Assembly: GCA_043228905.1 (NCBI GenBank)
Contig: JBHGNT010000022.1
Coordinates: forward strand, 10,788,001-10,852,000
Direction: 5' to 3'
Length of the DNA: 64,000 nt
Source: Azolla caroliniana
Lineage: Eukaryota; Plantae; Polypodiophyta
The notes beneath the pieces were generated by a model that searched no databases, was not told where the DNA came from, and worked only from the letters and a program-made list of their open reading frames with translations. Of this stretch, positions 56,430 to 64,000 are shown one piece after another. The position numbers and the translations under genes are program-made. The number at the start of each line of letters is the position of its first letter. Position 1 is the stretch's first letter.

Positions 56430-59400
56430 ACTTGGGCTCAATGCACTTATAATGCATTTGCTACAAAGTGGGCAAAAGTGGGGGATAAAGTCTCCGTTGA
56501 TTTTTTCAAAATTGTAACTCTAAAAAGAACTTGTAATGGGATGAAACAACTACATAGGGATAATGGATCCATTACAGAGGATGCCAGAGAAATGAGGGAT
56601 ATTGCTACGAAATTTTATAGTAATTTATTGTCTGTTGAATGTTTTACACTCGATCAATTGGAGAGTTGTAGAGTTGTGTGGCAGTCCATGCATGCACGTG
56701 TTTCACGCCATAAGGAAAATGTTTTGGTTAAACCGATTTCGATTTTTGAAGTAAGAGATGCTTTGGATGCAATTGGCTCCCATGTATGACCTGGTGCCGA
56801 TGGGCTTTCTACAGAGTTTTTCCGGAATTATTGGGAGTTTATTGGGACTGACATTACTGTTGCATTCCAAGAGGTGCTTGACACTGGATTTATGCCAAGT
56901 GGACTGAATGTATGATATATCTTATTCCTAAGTTGGAAGGGGTAGTGGCTAATATTAGGAAGTGGCGACCCATAACTATATTGAATACTATTTACAAAAT
57001 ATATGCTAAGTTGTTGGTTATGAGATTGCAGCCTTTTTTATTACACATCATTCCTAACACCCAAACAGGGTTCTTACAAGATGTGAGTATATTGGATAAC
57101 ATTTTTTTATTTTGGGAAGAGGTTGCAATTTCACAAGAAAGGAAAGAGGATTTAGCAATCTTGTTGTTGGATTTCGAAAAGGCTTATACATAGTAGATTG
57201 GTCTTTTTTGAGGGGCACCATGGAAAAGTTTGGTTTTCCTAATCAATGGTTAACGGTTGTCTCAGCTCTTTACAAGTCAGTTACTAGTAGGGTATTAGTA
57301 GTTGGAGAGCTAGGCCAAGCATTCTCAATTTCGAGGTTAGTGAGACAGGGATGTCCGTTGGCTCCTTTTTTATATTTGATGATTGGAGAAGCTTTTAGTA
57401 GTTTTCTTACAAATAATATTACAGTGAATATAAAAGGGTTGCAATGGCCATGGTTAGAGGAACAAGTTGTGGATTGTCAATTTGTTGATGATACAACCTT
57501 GTATTTGCAAGGTTCTCACGATAATATTTCTAGAGTACAACAGGTTATTGATACCTTTTGCTATGCTTCTAGAATAGTTATTAATTGGAATAAATCGGTG
57601 GGGTTTTGGGAAGGTAACACAGTAAACCCTTTGTGGGGTCCACAACAAACGTTCCAATGGATTTCGCATGGTAAACCTATAAGATACTTGGGATGTCAGG
57701 TAGGTATTAATCTTTCGTCGGAAGATCATGTAGCTCCTCTGTTGCTTTCTATAAGGAAAAATTGGTATATTGGAATACTGCTAAATTGTCATTGGCAGGT
57801 AGGATTGTTGTTGTCAATCAAGTATTGTTGGCTTCCATGTGGTACATTTTATCGGCTTGGTTGTGCTCACGTTCTGCTTTATCACAAGTACAAAGGCCTA
57901 TTAGGAATTTCCTTTGGGGATCTAAAGATTGTTCTTATGTGAGAGCCAAGGTATCTTTGAATGTTATTGGATTGATTGAGCCTCTTTTACAATGTAAGCC
58001 TTTATTGGGAAAATTTATTATAAGAGGTTTGTTGCCTAGTGGGTTTAGGGTTTAGGGTTTAGGGCCTTGGAAAAAAATCTTTAAGGCGGAGAATGGTTAA
58101 AGTTATGCCTTCTACATGTGGCAATTGGAAAGATAGTATTAGACGGTGGTTTTTAAGAGATTTTAACTATTCCATTGATATTTTTCGTCATGATAAGTTT
58201 TTTAGGGGTATCATGAAGGCATGGTGGGATTTGAAACATAACTTAGTCCAATATCTACCATCATGTACAGAGGAATGGTTGTGTCAACCCCTCATATTGA
58301 ACCCACTATTTACATCAGAAGAGGGGGTAATGTTAGGGAAGAGAACTAGGTTGAATTGGGCTGACTTTGATAAAGGTGAAGTTGAGTTAGTAGGGAATTG
58401 GCTGACTTTTTCTTCTTCAACAATGGAAAACAAAACCCATGTTTGTAGTACAATTTGGGGATGGAACATTATGTATGCAGAAATGGATAGAGTCTTTACG
58501 ATATCTTGCTTTCAGGCTTCTCAAACTAGTCTATTTTGGAATGGTATGTTTTCATCCCTACATGTCTTGTTGGGGGTTAGGGGCTATAAAAACCCTCATG
58601 AATGTATTTACTTCGATGTTTTGTCTTCTGGACGACTTCATTCTCTCTTTGTGGAAGACGGAATTGCAACTCAAGGAAATATGTTGACTATTCATATATT
58701 GTGGAAGAAAGATAAAAAATGGATGTTGAATCCACATCCAAATGATATAAACAATTTCTCTGAATTATGGGTCTATGAGAATAAGCCCATTGATTGCCTT
58801 TCGTGAGATCCTGGTGAGTGGAAATGGCAAATCATATCAGCGCAAGGAATGTTAGGTAAGCAAATCCCATTTTTTCCATATTCGGTAAAAATGGGTAGAG
58901 AAATGCTAAGGAGGGGTGTGGTTGTTATGCTAGCAGCTTGTAAATTTTGGAGATTTGGTAATGTAACAGACTCTTGGTTGAATGCTTATTGGAAATGGTT
59001 ATGGGCCATGCAAATTCCTAAAAAAGGTGTGTTATTTAGATGGTTGTCGACACATTATGGCATTCCTCTGAAGTCACGGATGTGGGGGCATCCATGATTT
59101 AAAATGTGATAGTTGTAGTTCTTCCATCGAATCGGTTTACCATGTTTTATGGATATGTCCTATTGCTAGAACAGTTTGGAAAAGAATGTTGAGAATGGTG
59201 TATCCTATTTATGGTAAGCAGGTGCACACATGGGGTTTTGTGAGATGGGGAAGATTGGCTAAAGAAATTCAAAACTATGAAAAGGAGTATGTTGATTTTC
59301 TTCTCCTCTACGATGGAAGTCATGTATTGGAGGTCTCTTATACTACAACAATCCATTGTTTGGAAGAGGACAAGGTTTGGTCTACGATATCTTCTTTAGT

Positions 59401-59476
59401 AGTTTGGGTATTGTGGAAGGCTAGATGTAAATGTGTATTTCAGAAAGTTAAACAGAATGCGGTTGAGTTAGTCTAA
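56430..59476 (+). mobile_element. Degenerate, 5'-truncated plant L1-type LINE ORF2
   Basis: PGADG, WRPITILN..YKI, LDFEKAY, VRQGCPLAP, QFVDDT, YLG, LSLAGRIVVVN and zf-RVT-like C..C…ES..HVLW.CP. Confidence 0.9.
58041..58064 (+). repeat. Interstitial telomeric repeat GGG(TTTAGGG)3
   Basis: Three perfect plant-type units inside the L1 coding region. Confidence 0.85.
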
Positions 59477-59571
59477 AAAATTAAATTTGTTAAGGTTATT
59501 TGACACTTAAATGGTAGGATACATATCACAATGGTAACTTGTGTTCATTAATAAGTGTCATTGTTATAAAA

Positions 59572-59653
59572 TCCGACCTATTGCATTCAAACCGACGACC
59601 GAAGGATTACAATGAGCCACAATCCTTTGCTCTACCAACTAAACGAAGGTGAA
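59572..59653 (-). pseudogene. Intron-containing tRNA-Tyr pseudogene
   Basis: …AGTTGGTAGAGCAAAGGATTGTGG[short intron]ATCCTTCGGTCGTCGGTTTGAATGCAATAGGTCGGA followed by TTTT. Anticodon, B box and stems are mutated. Confidence 0.75.
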
Positions 59654-59672
59654 GTTTTCCTTATTTTTTTAA

Positions 59673-60023
59673 GGGAAAAGTACCAGGATGCCCCTGGAAG
59701 TTCGTCTATTTACCAGAATGCCCCTTGAAGTTCCAAATTTACTAAACTACCCCTATGTCCAAAAAATTACACTTTATAAAGTAATTTTCCATCAAATCTT
59801 TGGTAAATAGGGCTAGTTCAGGTCCATTTCTTCTATCTTTGGTAAATAGGGCTAGTTCGGGTCCATTTCTTCTATCTTTGGTAAATAGGGCTTGTAGATT
59901 TGAGTGTATAATTACTTTATAAAGTGTAATTTTTTGGACATAGGGGTAGTTTGGTAAATTTGGAACTTCCAAGGGCATTCTAGTAAATAGACGAACTTCC
60001 AGGGGTATCCTGGTATTTTTCCC
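59673..60023. mobile_element. Mutator-like MITE (351 bp)
   Basis: 114-bp TIRs (59673-59786 and 59910-60023) starting GGGAAAA. 9-bp TSD TTTTTTTAA. Internal 39-bp tandem repeat, 2.5 copies. Confidence 0.93.
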
Positions 60024-63000
60024 TTTTTTTAATAATAAGGAAACTTGTACCAACAATTGTCAATCACAAAGCACATCTAGAATATCTAAATTGTAAGTAC
60101 CACCAACCTAATCATATTTCAAGGGGCAAGTGTATAGTCTTTTGTCATAACAACTGGATTTAGGTTGTTCGTCAATAAGTTTTGGAAATATTATTCAATC
60201 TAGGATGAGATGTTATACTTCTCTTTTATTCAACTAAGCCAAAACATTGTTGTGTTTTTTCCTCACCGATATATATACATACATATAATCCATCAATTGT
60301 TGGATTACATAACAAATCCTAAGTTGACATTTGACTTTCTTGTATTGGGTGCCATAGCTTGTGTTTGTCAAGGGTGAGAGTTATCTCTAGGTTCCTTCTT
60401 TATCCTTGACATTGCTTGGTGCATAATTATTCAAATTTCTCTCTAAGAGGTCGGTGGTATGGGAATCCGATATGATACATCTAATATCCATTTTGATCTC
60501 AATAAATTATAGGGTTTCCCATAAGCTTATTACTTGTAATATTTGGGAAATGTTGGCAAAGTAAATATTAGTTCAAATAGCTACTATGAAATTTCATTGC
60601 TCTTAATTTGACATATGCAACATTAAAGTTGAGGATGTGTGTCACGAGACCATTTTGATATTGTTTCATTATAAAAACCTTGGGTTGAGATGATGAACAC
60701 TAACAAATCAAAACAAAAAAATGATGAGATAAAATTCAATTTGGTAGGTTTTCTATAACTCGTGGACTAGAATTGCCAATAATAATAACCACTAAGATTC
60801 AGGTTAACGATGACACTACATGGGAATAATACACAACACACCAAATACATAATAAAAAGTAGTCATACGTTAAAAATTGGCATAAAGCATATTATAAAAC
60901 ATTGAATTGGTTTCATAGGCCTAACATGAATTAAGGGCTTCTGGACACTCAAATTGCAAGCTACTTCCTTCCATATGTGCATTAAGCAAACTTTTGTCCG
61001 TCTAACAATTTTCCAAAAGAAGCACAATGTAAAACATTGCTCTAGTCATCTCCTCACTCTCCATGCAAATAAACGCAGTTACAAAAAGAATTGTATTGAC
61101 TACTATATGTTTGCCATTTGAGCTCATGTATGTTTTTGCAAGACAAATTGCACTACTAATATAGTCGAATATTAGAATTGGACATCAAGAGTTTATGATA
61201 ACTTGAACAACTTTAATAAAGAAAGAAATTATAATCCCTTGATTAAAGAGTAGTAGAATTCTTGACAAAATAATTATTTTTATTTTTCTTACATGGATGT
61301 GTGATTCCTTAGATGATTCTTTTTCAATTGATCCCATCAACATTTTAAACCCAAGTGACAAAGATATAATAGTTGCATGCCCAAAATTAGTAATGTAAAT
61401 ACCAAAAAAGTATATGGGGATAGTGAAATTGTGACTACTAGCATGTATACGTTGTTAAGAGAGGAATTGCCATAGCATTAACACTAAATTCTTTACACAA
61501 TTGGTTGTAGATCACAACCATAAGACACAATTTAACTAGTTGTGCAGGATAAAACAATAGTCATCATAGGAGCATTGAAAAATAAGTAGTTAAACCGCGC
61601 ATATTCACATCACTTCACGATAACATAACATGCTATATATTTGAATATTACCAAGTGTCTCATTATTGTCACTTGTCATTGCAAGAAAATCTATTTCATA
61701 TATCTATGAAATCTTGTATAATATGCCATGGAAATCATTCTCAATGATTGAGTTGTTGCCATGTGTCGATTCAAAGGCTATTGGAATATACAAACTATAA
61801 GCTAGGGGCTTACATTAAATGTAGAACTACCCATATAATCTTTGATACACCTACATGATCCTCTACAAGTACTCTCACATAGCAACCTCCAGTAATTCCA
61901 AGACATTGAGAAGGTATTTTCCACCTAAATATCACACATCCATCTAGTATTCAAGCTAAGGGACCTAAGAAGTAAACGGATTTCTTTGTTTTGGATTCCC
62001 AAAATGTGGTTGCAAGTGAGTTGTGAGTCTAGTCATTTAAAATTTTGAATAATGTAATGATAATTGTACATCCCATACATGGAGATGAAATAATTGGTAA
62101 GATATAGCATTAGTACGATAATTACTTGTTCATGTGAAACGTAGAAATGTAAGAATCATCATTATCTTGTAGGTAGAGAGTAGTACCATAAAATGCACAA
62201 AGCTCGAGGCTAGATGAACATGCTCATTGTTCTCTTCATCACTTTGGTTAATGACACTTAATAATATTACAATAATTTGATATTTGCGTTAATGGAACAT
62301 TTGTTGTACCTTTGATATTTCTTGTTCTGCTTGGAAGCACTCAAAAAACATGATTAACACTTTGAGTAATTGGAATATTGAGGTCTACCTAAGACTCAAA
62401 TGAATGGTTAGCCAAATTGAATGAATATTGTACATTATGTGTTGGACTTACAAGAATAAATCAAATAGCCGAATTATTAGTTGTTTGAAATTTAACTGTA
62501 TTTAGACTACATATCATCCCCTAAGGGCACCTGTAAGAACTTGACATTTATCTGTTGGTCCTAGAAGCCTTTGTAAAAGTTATTGTACGTAGTTTAACCT
62601 ATCGCAATAAGTGACCATGAAGATGAAAAGATGGTCAAACATTCAAAAGGCATGTGTGCAAAGTTCCTTTTCCAGTTTGGTTCATATCAGAGTCCCATCT
62701 GTTCATAAACTAATATAATACAACGAATTCATTTCCTTTGAATATAGAATCTCATTTGATTGATGGAAGTTCCGTCCACTATTAGGCTATAATAAATAGC
62801 AATTCAATTCTATATGTAGAACGTCATTCACATCAAGTTGTCAAAAAGAACTCAAGGTTGTATGTGAAGAATAGGATGGACCAAAAGGCAATATTGAGAA
62901 ATATAATATCTTCAATACACAAATTGTGATTTTGATGACAATGATTATTGGGTCCTTGTTTCTCTCTATACCATTGGAAGTAAAAACAAGATCTTCTTAG

Positions 63001-64000
63001 TTGTTTAGCATTGTCTTTAAATCGACAACAATTTCCCTTTCTTTATTTATAGTGTGGAAAACATGACAATGTAAAATGGTGTTTAACTAGTTTGTTAAGA
63101 TCAATTTACTAGTGTGCATGAGCTCAAACTAGATTTATGAAGACGTTTTGTAATGAACACAAGTTCAAACCCATTAAACAAGAAACCCACAACCTAGTTA
63201 ATGTCAAGCATTGCACTACACTATCAAGTCTATATATTTTACTCTCAAAATTTGAATAAGGTAGTCTAGTGAATCTAATTGTGACGTGTATAGTAAAGAC
63301 AATGTTTCCACATTGTGTCTTAGCACAAGGTGTCTTGTCTACATATGATCTTGTGCTTTGAGAGTGTTTGGTCATAGAAGAAGTGTGGATGAGAAACTTG
63401 TTTGTTTGTTTGATTTGACTAGGGAGAGAGAGAATTTTATTTCTATTGATGTAATGAATACATCGAGTGCCCAAATGATAACTCCTTGCTTCAAACTGGT
63501 GAAACACAACTAACTTATTTTTGTCAATGTAGTGATATTGTTCATTGTAACCTAAGGCCCAATTTGCAAGACATTGGCATTGGGCAATATTTGTTACTGA
63601 GTGCTTGTTTGGAAGGCATCTATATCAATGGGGAAAAAATCTGATTTCCATCCTCAAAACATGTTCACGTGTGGAGCATCATAAGATACACCATGCCAAG
63701 TTGTTATATTCTAATGTTTAAAATCTCAATCCAATAAGTTCCTTCATGTTGTGTGAGCAAGTTGCATTACCATTTTTGTATGCATTACATTTTCTCACAT
63801 GCATTCAATGCTTATGTGTGCTTAAATGATGCAAAAACCCCAATAAATACACAGAGGTGTACATTTGCTCTATGTTTGGACTCACAATGCTAGTGAAAAG
63901 CAATGTATTCATATAAAAGTATCACAATGGGACCAGGTAGTTTTCTCGTAGCATTCTATGCAATGTAAAGTTAAATTTATATTGCATTATCATGGACTAG

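Noticed and set aside
60190-64000. AT-rich tail including the 127-aa ORF at 63124-63507
   Set aside because: No recognisable motifs, repeats or splice-supported exons. It may be very old TE debris.

Overview
This is a eukaryotic, transposon-saturated window with no supportable host protein-coding gene. The element mix suggests a non-seed land plant such as a fern (inference). The left part is a deep nest of LTR retrotransposons. A young Tnt1/Tork-like Copia (2464-8010, TSD TACTT) sits in the LTR of a Tcn1/Tf1-like chromovirus (2310-13122, TSD GGCAT). That chromovirus sits in the gag of a tRNA-Trp-primed Gypsy, which sits in older Copia relics. Next come a decayed hAT transposon and a rearranged, pol-deleted tRNA-Arg-primed Gypsy with a long extra ORF and a 379-bp hairpin. 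Sola1-like and Sola2-like transposase pseudogenes follow among several minisatellites, then a second intact copy of the Copia family (40514-45797, TSD CTTTG). A coding-intact RTEX/CR1-like LINE has ORF1 and ORF2 in frame, separated only by UGA-CGG. After a 100-N gap there is an internally inverted Copia, an L1 relic with an inserted telomeric tract, tRNA-Tyr pseudogenes and a Mutator-like MITE. The most notable leads are putative stop-codon readthrough in the LINE, Sola transposons, a Tf1-type self-priming PBS, a possible integrated one-LTR circle, a conserved U5:AUG duplex and a tRNA-like Pol III unit inside an LTR. All comparisons were made by eye and no searches were run.
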